NCBI RefSeq assembly: GCF_000981445.1
Contig: NC_027216.1
Location: forward strand, 1,178,001-1,242,000
DNA: 64,000 nucleotides
Source: Babesia bigemina
Lineage: Eukaryota
Reading direction: 5' to 3'
The first letter of the stretch is position 1, and each line of letters begins with the position of its first letter. Position numbers and translations under genes: made by a program. Shown here piece by piece: positions 35,281 to 49,171 of this stretch. Under the pieces are notes generated by a model. That model saw nothing but the letters and a program-made list of their open reading frames with translations, did not search any database and had not been told where the DNA came from.

Positions 35281-36324
35281 ATGCTGCTTCCAAGGTCGCT
35301 TTGCGGTTTAATTTTATTTTTGCTCTACAAACCCGCCAGCGGATACCTATACCGCGCCATCTCTATGTATGAAAATAAGGGGACGCTTACTGCAGACCCT
35401 ACTAATGTTGGTCAAGCTGATGTAGTAGTGGAGAAGAATGGCGTTGGGAAGGTGTGCAAATCAATGAGATCAGGCAGGTACATTGTGAATCCCTACATTC
35501 AACGGTGTCCTATTGGTACCACCAAGTGTGGTCCAGAGTTTGATGCAACTCTTGGTACATGTGCGGATTTCTCTGGGTGCTACACTGTTAGCAACAACAC
35601 TCGCGTTTGCACATGCATGTCGGGATACTTCGGTAATCCTTACGTTCAATGTTTCAAATATTGTGAAACTGACCTGGATTGTCCATCACCGTATGCGGAA
35701 TGTCGTCAGGGTCCAGGAGAGCTTTTTAAGCGCTGCAAGTGCAAGCAGGGCTGCCCTGGCGATGGCGTTATTTGCAAACCCCAAAACATTTGCACTGATA
35801 CGCAAGAAAATACTGAAACACATCGTAAGTGCTTGCAAACCAGTACCACGGAAAAGAGTTATGTATGTGATGACGGATACTATTTGGATACCTATTACAA
35901 ATGCGTTAAAATCGTTGCTATAGAGAATGATAAAAAAATTAGTATAGTAGCCAACAACTTTGTTGACGGAAGTCGTATTGATATTGGTAAATGCTTCTCC
36001 ATGGAAATCAACAAGGAGAATGCTGAGTCGCGCTTTTACCAAATGAACAGTGGTGACGCCGTTGTGGTGAAGGGTAAGATCGTCACAAATCCGCAGCTTT
36101 ATTTAGCGGTGGAGGTAAAGGCGAATGACGTCATTGTATTTGCTATGCTTGAGGATGATCATTCTAAATTAACAAAGTTGTTCAGCATATCAAATGGTCT
36201 TAAAGGGTGTCAAATAGACGGTGTAAGTAAGTATGATCCGACGGGTATTCGTGTAAACCCTTCTCAAGTTAAGGTGGAAATACAGAATCTTGTTGAAAGC
36301 CAAGGGGCCAGTGAGGAGCTTTGA
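35281..36324 (+). CDS. 12D3-like secreted cysteine-rich EGF-domain antigen
   Basis: Signal peptide. RYIVNPYIQRCPIGTTKCGP...GNPYVQC...CPSPYAEC...RCKCKQGCPGDGVICKP matches the recalled B. bovis 12D3 cysteine scaffold. Confidence 0.8.
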   Translation: MLLPRSLCGLILFLLYKPASGYLYRAISMYENKGTLTADPTNVGQADVVVEKNGVGKVCKSMRSGRYIVNPYIQRCPIGTTKCGPEFDATLGTCADFSGCYTVSNNTRVCTCMSGYFGNPYVQCFKYCETDLDCPSPYAECRQGPGELFKRCKCKQGCPGDGVICKPQNICTDTQENTETHRKCLQTSTTEKSYVCDDGYYLDTYYKCVKIVAIENDKKISIVANNFVDGSRIDIGKCFSMEINKENAESRFYQMNSGDAVVVKGKIVTNPQLYLAVEVKANDVIVFAMLEDDHSKLTKLFSISNGLKGCQIDGVSKYDPTGIRVNPSQVKVEIQNLVESQGASEEL

Positions 36325-37110
36325 ATATGGCAAACTTGCATTGTAATTGACTACTAATTTTTTTTATTTATTACCTTTTGCATAAGTTTAAGTCTTTTTA
36401 CTATGCACTTCTAGTCATCGGCCTCCTCCAAACCGCATCTAATTTGGTACGAATCGCGATATATTTTCACCCATTGGTTGACAATAGTACACGGTGTTGC
36501 TTGGAGGTAACGAAGATTCATTTTTAATTTCGTATTTTCCGTTACACCCAACGACAACTGACGTGGAGTCATTGTTTACGACTGAAAAATAATGGTGACC
36601 TAGGAGGCGTGGTGTGTTATGTATGGCAAGGTGGTTGTTCCTTGTGGCGTGCGTCACTGGTCTTCTTCAGTCTAACGCTCTTTGCGTGATGATTAATGAT
36701 AGCCACAACACAACAATTACTAGCTGAAACACAATAAACGTTGTGCAAACAGTATACAGAGAACTGCGAATCGGTTAATCACGGTTGGCGCACGTGCCGT
36801 GGCAGCGTGCGCTTTCCGGAATCCACACACATTCTTCAGTAACTCACCTTAACATTATGGCAAGAATTCTGTGCCACAAAAATACACGCACTATCTACTT
36901 CTTGTAACCTTTAAAAGGGCCTTTTCGTTTCGGTATTTCATACGTACATGAATGATGTAGAAAAACTTAAACGTATGATTCCAAATTTTAAAATTTATTT
37001 AATTGTGCTTAGTTGTACTATTCAAATCTGCATTGTGATGATTCACTCGTGTATCATCATTTGTTAGCGCCGTTTTGCCGAACGATGTTTTTATATTAGA
37101 TGTATGAGAC

Positions 37111-39453
37111 ATGGATTCCGACTCGGCAGTAAAATTACCACCGATATATGTCCACAAAGGAAAGAAGGTGCGCACGGATGTTCTGACCCGTCAGGCCCTA
37201 GTTCCGCCAATATTTCGCCGTAGGGAGTCGCTGAAACGTGAGGCCAGATATTCTAAAGTGCATTCAAGTGACACTAGTGGTGAGATTCAAGCGTCAGCTA
37301 ACGAAGCCTACTGCAACGCCTTATATCTCAGATACCAAACGGATTTCAACTATTTATCTCCCGAATTGGTCCTAAATAAGAAAGTTTCTGGCAATACGGT
37401 GGGTTAATTCTTAATTCGAATTTGCACGAGTCTGCAGAATATAAAAAGTGTCGGAACAGAAACTAATAAGGAGATTGTATCTCATTTGAGCAATGGTAAG
37501 CGCAGAAGGACCAAGAGTGCCTCTTCCGACTCGCCAGATAGCGTGCCAACATCTCCCTGGTTAAATCGCATGTTGCCCATTTTATTAAAAGTGATGTCAG
37601 GACGAGATGGCGACTCCAACGACATATCTTCTATTGGTTTTAAGGAGGAAGTTTTGCAACTGTATAAAACTGGGCAAAAATTTGAGGAATGCAATCTGCG
37701 AGATGTAGCAACTGTTTTATCCAGCATAGTTTCCTATATTGACGATTGGCGAGCGAGTGCACAGATTGCAATATCGCAGCGTATAACAATTGAAGAGGCT
37801 CGCGGTTTAATGGAAGAATTCCAAGAGCTGAGTGGAGGCTTAGTTCGAGTCGATCTTGCAACCGAAATTGACAATGACATTAAGATCTGCGAAGCTTTCG
37901 GAGCTAAGGTTCGCCTGACCATGACTACTCTCTCTTCCAGTAACGACCGCACGGTTAGTCTTGAGGAGGTCGAATCGTTGGTTCAGGAGTCTAGTAGTTG
38001 TCGCTTCTTGGTACCTGAGGTCGTTGCTCTCCAAAGCATATTCCGTAATCTCATATCACTGCGCAGCCTTATGGAAACCTCTGTCCTAGATTTAGATTTG
38101 TCTGAGTGTGAGTCGCTTGTGTCGATATGTGAGAAGGGGTTAGTTAGGTTACCGCGATTGGATGAATTGCGTAGGCGTTTACAGGAATCCGTGTGGCTCC
38201 ACACTGCTAGCAAGGCGTGTCAACGACAAGTCAGATATTCGCTGGCAAAAAGCCTGATTGATAATGTACCTGATGTTCTGCGGGACCATAGGTTGTACGT
38301 CATTTTAAAGAAAAAGTGCCATGATGTTGAGCAATGGATGGAACGTATATCTAAGTTCTCCTTTTACCAAATGGTATCAAACGAAGTAACATACAGCGGT
38401 TTACTATCTAAGAAAGATGTTTCTTCTCAGTCACCTGTTGGTTCAGGGTCGGTTGTTGGTGTAAAATGTGATGCACGTACTTTCGAAGAAATATGTTCTG
38501 CATACCACCAGCTAGAGCTCACCCTCCCTATCTTTAGGAGCATAGAACCATTATGCCAATCATTAAAGAGGCTACAAAGACGGCTTCACAAAATTGAGGT
38601 GGTGTTACAGACAAATTCTCGCAATCCAAGTGTTGCGACCGATTGCTTGTTATTGCTTCAGCATGCAGAGCCGCTCTCGGAAATAATCGACCTGACTGAA
38701 TACCTTGAACCTATACGATCAGGAGTAGAGTTGTGGTTGAACTACGAGAAGAGATGTAGGAAGGTTCTTGATAGTGTCAAGGCTTTTGTCCTCTCCAAGG
38801 ATTTTAACAAGCTGAAATCTGATTGGGGCTTTTTGCTAAACTTTCGTAAAACTACGAAATTATCGGACGCAGATTTTATTGGCATAGCCGATCTTATAAG
38901 GTTATACGAGCAGGAGGACCGTGTGCCCTTCGAGGACGTTCGTCAACTGGAGGCTGAATTCAGGTCCTTGCGCATAAAAAATCTCGTTTTACAGCGGGAA
39001 ATAAGTGAAATTTATGAGAAAGGTGTCACATTGAATTCAAAAGTGGATTCGGCTTTTGATTCTGTAAAAGAGGATGTTAGCAAAAGCGGTTCGGTATTAA
39101 GTCATGTTGTTTTGGTTATCCTTGAGGTCCTCAAATTTGGAGCGAAGTTGGATTCTATGCCTAAACTACGACTTTGTCTGTCATATTTGCGATGGTCACG
39201 TGAATTCTATACAGTCTTTTTCAGCACTACTGCGATGTTGGACGGAGGCTCGCGTTTAAGAACCCTGGCCGCCGAAGGAGCAGACGATCGCTTTAACGAG
39301 ATAACATCTCACGCCGGTTTACACGAGAGCATTACGAATCAACTGAATAAAATTGGATGCTTATCTATCGGTAACGAAGCTCCGCGCACCGAGTCTCAGC
39401 TTTTGAGTCTTCTCCTCCATCACACACCTGACTATCTAGACGAATGCAGCTAG
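37111..39453 (+). CDS. Hypothetical helical protein with PLU-1-like repeats, 2 exons
   Basis: Long ORF plus an upstream exon (intron near 37399-37437). Recurrent pattern ITIEEARGL / VSLEEVESLVQE / VPFEDVRQL. Confidence 0.6.
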
Positions 39454-39459
39454 ACAGTA

Positions 39460-42036
39460 ATGCCAACCATCGAGATGTTATCCTTCTCATCGCAAGTGTA
39501 TAACATAGATGTATCTTTTTTCGTTGAATTGCGCAGGCGAATTATAGATGATTTTCGCTGCCTGCGTTCGGAACTACAAATCCACGCTTTTGCGGCGGTG
39601 GACGGAGCGCTTTGGCTAGATAAGGGTTCATTTGACAACGTATGTTGCCGTTTTAAAGACTGTAGTCTCTCTTTTTCTAGCACTGCAACCCGTTATGGTG
39701 TCGAAAGAGCTCAACTTCTATCCCGCCGTACGGCGAAGGCGCATAAATCACCTAGTTGCGACTGCGCTCGTGTACCGGGCACATTGATAACTCTACCAAC
39801 ACTGTCTGAATTTAGAGCTATTGATCTTCAATCGCAAGTGGAGAGGGCTTGTGGTACCCTTGTTACTGATGACGGAGGTTTGCGCATATTAGGAGTGCGG
39901 ATTGATGATGGCCTATGGCGTTCTTGTGGCGGTTTCAGCGGAATTGGGAATTTGAGGCGCTTAGTCATCATTATTTATATGGATATCAAGGCTTGTGTAT
40001 GTTACTATGCGATTTCAAGTCCCGCCGCAAACCCGGCAGGCAACTACTCCATTTCAAGCTGTGCCGTGCTAAACGCATCGGGAAGATTCGTAGTATTGAA
40101 AGGTACACCACCAAAACAATTAATGCTTGATGATGTGTCGACACTCACACACTCTTTCTGCGCATCTCCTGTGCCATACGGTTTTTTCGCCTTCGGCCGC
40201 TGTGATGGAAAGTTAGTGGTTTCGAACATGTCTAATGTCCATGTTGTGGATGAATTCACGATAGAATTAGAAGGAACTGCTTGCTCTTCAAACGATGTCA
40301 CGTTTTGCGGTTTCGGCAATCTGTCTCCGGTTGGGTCATTACCTCGGCATTGGTGCAGTGCTATGTTAGCCCTGTGCCACTTACTAAAACTATATGGAAA
40401 AAAGATGCGTTTCATGTTGATAGATATTTCCACATCAACTAGATCCATTATCAGGGACAGGTGTTCGCTTGCTGTGATCTATGAGGTTGTCATCGGAGGT
40501 TCTGTAAAATCCGGTGGAAAGATAAACTTTAGTTACGGCTATCACATAGCGAGTGATAATAGGCTTAATGACCGAAATTTACACGAGAATGCATATAATT
40601 TTTCGGATCGTATTGATTCCTACAGCAGGCACAGAATAGATGCGGAGTTGCATTTACAAATGATGAAGTGGAAGGTAATACCACAGCTCAATCCAGACAA
40701 TATCACAATGACAAACATTTGTGTAATAGGGGCAGGAGCACTTGGTTGCCATATTATTAGGCAATTTTTGGCATGGGGCGCCAGAAACTTCGTTGTCATA
40801 GACTATGCGAAAGTAACAAATGCTACGCGACAATGCCTGTTTAATAGCCGTGATTCCATCGACCAGGCATATAAAGCCACATTAGCATGCCAAGAAATAA
40901 AGCGTATTCGCCCAGACGCTGATGCGATTCCAGTAAACATGTTTGTTCCCATGCCTGGTATGTTTTTTGGTCTGAGCTCGCAAATACATCATTTGGTAGG
41001 TCATTTTATATATGAAGAGGATTTGCGCGCTTCATACACCACTCTCACGAACATTATGCTTAAATGTGATGTGGTTTTTCTTGCTACAGACTCCAAGGAA
41101 TCACGATGGTTACCGTCGTTAATTGGAGCCGCTCATAGATTTCACTCTGCGGAGGTTAACTCAGGTGTTTTAGACGAAGCCAATCCAAATGGAGAATTGC
41201 GCGAAAATAGGCGTGGCCCTTTAGTTATCTCGACTGGCCTCACGTTTGACACTTTTATGGTTATTAGACATGGTTATGGCGGTTTTTATGGTGGATGCTA
41301 CTTTTGCAGCGATGTGCAGTGGCCCGAAGACTCTATATCTAGCAGGTGAGTGAGTTACTCCCTTTGAAGTCGACTCCGATACTCGCTATATGAATTGCAA
41401 TATATTTCTTGTGATGTTACTGGACGGCGAACACACGAAAACATTTGTGGTGTGTGCATGTAACCACATCTTTTTATTTCGCGAAGATGTTGCGTACATG
41501 AACAGAAATGTAGTACATTGAAGTCATTGCCAAAACTGCCATTTATGAAGTAAACTTAGTTCCGCAGACCCGTTGACGAAACATGCACCTTAGTCAAGCC
41601 GGGATCAGTAGCCATGTGCGCAGCAGCTGCCGTAGAGCTTTTCATATCTCTGACGCAGCATCCGAGACGTTTTGAGGCGCCACACAACGGAACCAGCTGT
41701 ATAGGGGGCGTTCCTCATGCCATGCATATGAGTTTGTCAGGTAAGGCAATCACACGCGAAGCTTTACAAAGCGCAGATATGCACGTAGACCAGTTTTACG
41801 TCGAAGCATCTAAAAGATGTGTCTGTTGTTCAGATGCTGTGATTAAAAAGCTAAAATCAAACGCTTTTGATTTTTTACATCAGGTTTGTTTAAGGTCATT
41901 ACTCTATATGTTTACATAGGTAGTAAGAACCCCTTCAATCCTAGGAGAAATATCAGGCCTAAACAGAACACTTAGCGCAGTTGCTGGTTATGACATGAAC
42001 ACTACTGCGATTGAAGATGACTTTGTGCTAATTTGA
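39460..42036 (+). CDS. ATG7: Autophagy E1-like enzyme ATG7, multi-exon
   Basis: LQMMKWKVIPQL, GAGALGC, PMPG|H, FLATDSKESRWLP, FDTFMVIRHG, GCYFCSDV, R|PVDETCTLVKPG, GGVPH. Confidence 0.93.
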
Positions 42037-42090
42037 GTGTGTTTGCTTTATGGTGCGCAGCACCGCGACTTTGCGGTGTACATATCATAT

Positions 42091-44800
42091 ATGCGACGTA
42101 TTATTTGCTCGTTATATATACTTTTTTGCATTCATTTAACAGATACACACCACTGCCAAGGAGGACGGCCGTTTGGTAATTTGTGGATGAGACGTTGCAC
42201 ACCACGTTTCGCTCATGCTGTGTCTTCCGAATTACCCGCTACAATTTTGCGTAGACCAAAACATACTGGTAAATTTCAATTGATTCTCAAATATATTCCA
42301 TAGTGATTCAACGCAATAGCGCGTTTCAGTCGTCGCCTGATGTGACTAAATTTGGAAGCAATTTATTCCGTAAATATACAATGGAGGAGAGTATGGACAT
42401 TATCATGCCCTCCGAAGGGCTTGATTGTAGCAGAGTTGTAAAGGATGTATCTTCATTCCAGCTGAAAAAGGACCCTGATTTTATCCAGACAAGACTGATA
42501 ACCTTTGACACGTTGTACGAACGTCAGAAAAAGCGTATTGATGGTAAGTTAAAACAAGCCAACTATAATCATTTTGACTTTCAGAGATAGAGAAACGTGA
42601 CATTAGCGTTAATTTGGAGGTTTCAGGAAAAGAAGATGAAATGATCAATTGCAAGTCGTGGGTAACATGCCCAGCTGATCTTCTTAGTCGACTAAACAAG
42701 GCGGATTCCAAGGCAATAATTGTAGCTGAGGTTAGTATTGTTGTTCAGTTTAAGCAAATATTCATATTGGTCAGGTCCTTCCTCTTGAGCCAATAATGGG
42801 CACAGTTGCAGACATTGAAAATGATGATGAGCAAAATGAGGAGTGGATTATGTGGGACCTGTTCAGACCACTCGAAGGTGATTGCAAGTTAAGATTTCAT
42901 AGTTTCGATTCCCCCAAGGGCCAACATGTCTTTTGGCATTCTTCGGCACACATGCTTGGTTGGTTTTGAAGCTTATATCTAGTAACTTTATGGCAGGGTC
43001 CGCGCTCGAAACCCTATACGGAGCATATATAACTATAGGCCCGGCCCTAAGTAGTGGTTTTTATTACGACTGTTACATAGGAAGCAATGTAAGCTCGACT
43101 TTACTGTCTATTTAGATTAATTGCAGAGTTTCAAGCCCGAAGACATGGAGCACATACGCAATGAAGTCTCAAAAATGGCGAAGGTGAAATCGCCCTTCCA
43201 ACGGCTTGTATGTACTAAAGAGGAGGCTCTGGAGCTCATGAAGCACAATCCCTTCAAAGTCGATCTCATACGTAGGAAGGTACCGGATGGATCCAATACG
43301 GTTTGTTATCGTTGCGGTAACTTTGTTGATCTGTGTCGTGGACCTCATTTGCCTTACACTTCTTCCGTTTCCCCTAAGGCATTTGCTGTAACGAAGTTCT
43401 CGTCGTGCTATTGGCTCTCTAAAAGCACAGCAGACACACTTCAGCGGGTATATGGTATATCGTTTCCGAAGGAGGAGCAACTAAAAGCGTATGAACGGCG
43501 CATAGAAGAAGCTAAATACCGTGACCACAGAATTATAGGTACCAAACTTAACCTTTTCCATTTCGATAACATTCACTCACCCGGATCTTGTTTCTGGTTG
43601 CCAAATGGTGCAAAGATATACAATCGTCTTGTGGACTTCATGCGTGAGAACTACCGATTAAGGGGTTACCAGGAAGTAATCACTCCAAACATTTATTCAT
43701 GTGAATTGTGGAAGACGTCTGGGCATTATGATAACTACAAAGAAAACATGTACATGTTTAACGTTGATGAAACGGAATGGGGAATAAAAGGCATGAATTG
43801 TCCAGGTCATTGCTTGATGTTTAGGTACCTTAGTCCTTCTTACAGACAGTTACCATTAAGATTTGCTGACTTCGGCGTGCTTCATCGAAATGAGCTCACG
43901 GGAAGCCTCAGCGGCCTAACTCGGGTTAGGCGGTTCCAACAAGACGATGCTCACATCTTCTGCACAACGGAGCAAATATCTGGGGAGGTGCTTTCTATTC
44001 TTCAGTTTATTGACGATGTTTATTCGTTATTCAATTTTAAATACAGCTTCAAATTATCGACGAAACCACAGAAAGCATTGGGTGATGATGAGCTTTGGGA
44101 AAAGGCTGAATCTGGGCTTAGGGATGCACTTGAAAGATGTGGTAGACCTTGGACATTGAATCCAGGAGATGGAGCCTTTTATGGCCCCAAAATCGACGTA
44201 ATTCTATTGGATTGTCTTGACAGAGAGCATCAGTGTGGTACAATACAACTCGATTTCAACCTACCTATAAGGTTTAATCTGGGGTATCGTGATAAGGAGG
44301 ATGGTGAGAGCACAGATTGCAAGCGAGGATTCTCCAGACCTGTTATAATTCACAGGGCAATTTTCGGCTCCCTAGAGCGTTTCATTGCCATAGTGATTGA
44401 GCATTTAAAGGGCAAACTACCCTTTTGGCTGTCACCAACTCAGGTTGCTATCTTACCGATATCTGATAAGCACATGCCGTATGCCAACAGTATATATGAG
44501 AGGTTACTTCACCTCGGTAAGTTTTGACCTTAACTTGAATACAAGCGTACTACAGGCTATAACTGCTATGTGGATGGTAGTGCAAACACCATGAACAAAA
44601 AGATAAAATCCAATCAAGACCAGCGTTACAATTACATGTTGATCATTGGAGATCGTGAGGTTGAAACGGGAACCGTATCTATGCGATCTATGGATAGTCA
44701 GGCCAACGAGACACTTAGTCTAGATGCTTTGTATGCTAGGTTGGCCACGGAAGCCGATGCATATAAGAAAAACATTAAGTGCTTCCATTTGGAAAAATGA
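42091..44800 (+). CDS. TARS: Threonyl-tRNA synthetase with bipartite N-terminal extension, multi-exon
   Basis: [61 protein letters not shown]. Exon 1 (42091-42268) encodes a signal/transit-like peptide. Confidence 0.93.
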
Positions 44801-44967
44801 TTTTCCAACCGTCATTAAGGTGGGGTCCCTATCCATCTAATGTTGGGGCATAGACCGAATGCTAATAACTGCAGTATATCATGTTGAGATGAGTTCACTG
44901 TTGGTTCCGCCCATTGCCGTTTACAAAGTGGCACGGTTATCACTACTTACGTTCATGTAACCGTTTG

Positions 44968-46255
44968 TTATACTTGACAAACACGCTTTACAGCGTCCAA
45001 TAATTTGAATTGATCGGGAAGGTAAAACTTCTCGAAAGCAAGGGGGAATGGCGTGTCGTACCCGCATACTCTCTCTATTGGGGCTTCCAGCTTGAAAAAG
45101 TGCCTCTCCGCCATGGTTGATGCGATTTCAGATCCCATACCCAGGGTCTTCGGAGCCTCATGAGTGATAATCAATCTTCCAGTCTTTGATACCGACTTAT
45201 CTAGAGTGTCCACGTCCCACGGTAATACGGTTTGTAGGTCTATTACTTCCACCTCGATCCCTAATTGCTCTTTGGCTATGTCGGCAGCTTTGAGCATCAG
45301 GCCAACGGAGCTTCCATATCCCACCATTGTCACATCGCTCCCCTCTCTCACAACGTCAGCTTTAGATAACTCCAGTTCATAGTCTCCCAGTGGGACGTCT
45401 CCAACTGCCGCTCTGTAGAGTGCTTTGGGTTCGAAGAATATTACGGGATTGTTATCCCTTATAGACTTTAACAATAGCCCTTTTGCTTGATACGCACCTC
45501 TTGGCACAACAATCTTTAGCCCAGCAGCATGCGCAAATTGTGACTCCGGAGATTGAGAATGATACAACCCACCATGACCCACTGCTCCCCAGGTTGAGCG
45601 TATGGTAAGTTTTCCAACATCCCAACTACCACCTGATCTGTACCTGAATTTAGCAGCCTCATTGACAATTTGGTCGAAAGCTGGAAAAATGTAATCGGCA
45701 AATTGTATTTCTGCGATCGCCCTAGATCCAAGGGCTGCCATGCCTATACCGAATCCCACAATACCCTGCAAGAAATATGAGTAGCAATAACCACAATTCC
45801 CACCTGCTCACAAATAGGGGTGTTGAACACGCGATCGCCGCCAAAGCGCTCCAGTAAACCAACCGAGCATCTGAAGACGCCGCCGAAAGCTACGTCTTCA
45901 CCGAATACAGTAGTTCTACAACAATATGACGGGAATTAGCAGACATTCACACAACTAATACATATCATACATTTACCACGCTAACAATGACAAGCCTTAT
46001 CGTCTGCAATACAGCTAGACGTTTCAGCGACTGACAGTACTCTATGGCGTCCATTTCGAAAGGTCTACAGATATAAGACCACTAACAACCCACAAATACT
46101 TCATAGGCAATTACGTACGTTGAGTCCTCGGCCATAGCGATATGTAGCGCATCATTTATGGCCGTGCACATGTTCATTTCCTTCGACGAAACCTTCGCCG
46201 CGGAAGTGAATCCACGCCCAAATTTGGGTGCTACCCTCGCAAACTTCGCCAGCAT
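44968..46255 (-). CDS. BCKDHB: Branched-chain alpha-keto acid dehydrogenase E1 beta, 3 exons
   Basis: [68 protein letters not shown]; mitochondrial presequence. Confidence 0.95.
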
Positions 46256-46385
46256 TTTGTAGAATAAACTATGTTTTGTAATGCGTAAAAATATTAAGAA
46301 ATACAGAAGTAGTCCACCGGTAGCATCTAGTACGTCTTAATTTTTCGACGCGAAGCATAGATACACACAACGAGGAAAATAGCTC

Positions 46386-47451
46386 CTATAAATAAATAAA
46401 TGAAGAAATTGGCTGAATATCATGATATCGCTCGGAGAGTAACCTACACTCCCCATCACGTGCCATGTGTCCTTCCACTACGGATATTGCCACTTTGAGA
46501 GCTCCGAACACGTTTGAACGATCATCTAGAAACGGTTTTTTAATCGTTGCAATTACGTCCTGCATTTGAGTCAAAATCGGCTGGATATTTTCAGACTTTC
46601 GGTATAACAAATTCTCGAACATTCGTAACAATGTTTAACTCGCCGAGGTCCTATACTCGCATTACGCAAGTTTGTTTGGTTGCAAATCACCTCAACATAT
46701 AGCATAATCAGACACTCTTTCTCCATTGTGCACCATTTGCTGAATGTGAATGCATTTCGTATATGTGATCAAACCTTAAAAGGTGACTTGCAAAGATGTC
46801 GCCCCCCGCTGTTTCACCCTCTGACGTCAGTATTTTACGAGCTAATATAGCTAAAACCTGCAACCAATTGTTTTTATTTCCTCTAAACTAACAGTCCCGC
46901 TGTTTGCATTGCTTAGAATTTCATTGGCTTCCACTTGTTGACAATCGCTCAAAATTCCATCGGGATCGCAGAGAAAGGTGCTAGTTCCTCTGATTAAGAC
47001 CCGTAAATTCATCAATGCCAACGCTTACTTTGCCGTGTGCACGCATAAATGTGGGTCGGTGAAAGGATTAGGATACGATTCTACTGTATATCCAACGGAT
47101 TGCGTAGGTTCCCCTATTGCTACAGGCTCAACCTTTACCGAAGTTGGATCGTGCATGTCATTTCCATCAATAACTGCGTGTTTATTGGCTTCAATGTCAG
47201 GTGAAATTTTGTGCGTCTCCGATATTCGTGCCAGCTTCTTCATGCCCACTTCCGCTATCTGCCCACTGTTTCTGAGTCCTATGTTTCATGTTAGACACTA
47301 CCAACTACATTGTTTTCAAGGTATCTTCATCTGCTATGTACGCTATTTCGTCGTCGAATCTGAACTTCCCCGGTCCGATGCGTTGCGTACCATCCACGCA
47401 ATATGCAATTTGCCAGCAACTCACTAAGAGACACATAAAATACACTCTCAT
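46386..47451 (-). CDS. Hypothetical secreted protein, multi-exon
   Basis: Signal-like start MRVYFMCLLVSCWQIAYC at 47451, followed by several exons with short GT-AG introns. Internal junctions not all resolved. Confidence 0.55.
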
Positions 47452-47491
47452 TTTATGAGTTTAAAATACGGTACGCTACATATCCCCGAAA

Positions 47492-49157
47492 TTATGTCTG
47501 TGTGTTGGACAGCACATCGACGATGATGCCTCGCAAGTTATCCAACACAAACTGAGCAACCCCTGCATAACTGTGATTTTTACGTCCGTGACACATATAT
47601 TCACACCTTGACCAGGAGGAGGTGTAGATGTGTAGTCATAAGTGTATAGAAGGCACGACTGGCACCTGGCACTGTCGTTAACTGAAGTTATATGAAGATT
47701 GCCACGTTGTTGCGACACACTCACTTGTATTACGATGTAACAGTCTAGAATCGAATATTAGCACATCCCCTATATTAAGGTCCACTGCAGCCTTGCCTAG
47801 ATGATAGTGATTGCGTCCTGATTGGTCCACAAACCGGTACTATATGGATTTATCTCCGATCCGCTCCTATGCGTACCGGGTAGAAATTGCATACGCCCCG
47901 TTTTTTCATTAATATCATCCAATGATAGGAGAATGCATATCCCGAAGTGACGATTTTTTCGATGCCAAGGTTCCACGTAGCTCATGGGATCTGATTTACC
48001 TGTGGCATAGATATCATGTACCAACCTGAAGAAATCAAATTAATGTTTGATACATAGAAATGCCTTCCAAGCGTGTAGTATATGATGGGCATCCAAAATT
48101 GCTGTAATGCAACCAATTGGCGATCAAAAGATGTCCCCTGCAGCAAGCAGTGAATTCGGCCTATATGTTGCTGATGGTACGTATAACATTCGCTCACCAC
48201 GCGTGTGCTTTAAAACAAGCACATTTGGGTCATATTCCACAATTTTATACGCAGATTCACGCGCCATTGACCCATTCAAGTGAAGCATGCGACGTATGGC
48301 CCATACGTCTTGCTTGTCGACAGCATTGCGTAATACGGCAACACCTGAACCAACTCTCAGAAATATAGCAGTAGCAAACACACCGTAAGTTTTAAGATGA
48401 CTAGATATGCGATCTAAGGCGGCGAGAGATAGCGTGTGATTCCGCTTTAAGCCTTGTTGGTTGCCCTCTCTTGCGTTAATCTGCGACGAGTCCCCTATTG
48501 ATGCATCTTGCTCCTCCCAACTTATTAGATACGGGACCGTTTCACTTCTATTACGAATTGAGCAATTATTAATGGCGGCATCACACGAATCACTGACAGT
48601 TTCTTCTGGCCGTACGTAGCCTTGCCTTTCCCAGTGCCGCGAGAGGGTTTGGAAAGCTTCCCGCTCGAAGGTCTGAAAGTTTTCTGCTTGCCTCATCGTA
48701 CGATTTCGAGACCAAACAGCTGTATGGAACCATCCCTTTCGTTCAACGCCATAATTTTCGTGTCGAGAAATAAGCCCTTCCATCTCTGATGCAAGTTCTA
48801 CACCAAGAGCCGCAACTAAAGGTGGTTGCATTGGGAAAAGACGTTGATGCATTATTCTGTCATGATAACGCTTTCTCTGGTGATGCAATATATCGCAAAT
48901 AGCTTGCAGTTGGAGCTCTACCGGGTTTAACTTCCGTGCAGACAGCTCCACGGAATATCGGGAAACCCTTAAATACTCGTCCCACCTTTTGAGATAAGAT
49001 ACAAACGCATGTCGTTCAGTAGGCTGCTCACATAGCATGTCTACGACTCCTTCGTCATCTGTGTCATATTAAAAAGGGACGTCGTTCCTACACCTTTTGA
49101 AGCGAAGAGCGTCTTGCAACGTAACAAAAATACAGTCTTATGCGGATGTTTATACAT
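47492..49157 (-). CDS. Phytanoyl-CoA dioxygenase (PhyH)-like protein, multi-exon
   Basis: EPWHR...ILLSLDDINEKTGRMQFLPGTH...GDVLIFDSRLLH|..RG motifs. Exon 1 starts at 49157. Confidence 0.72.
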
Positions 49158-49171
49158 TGTAAATTAGGTGA

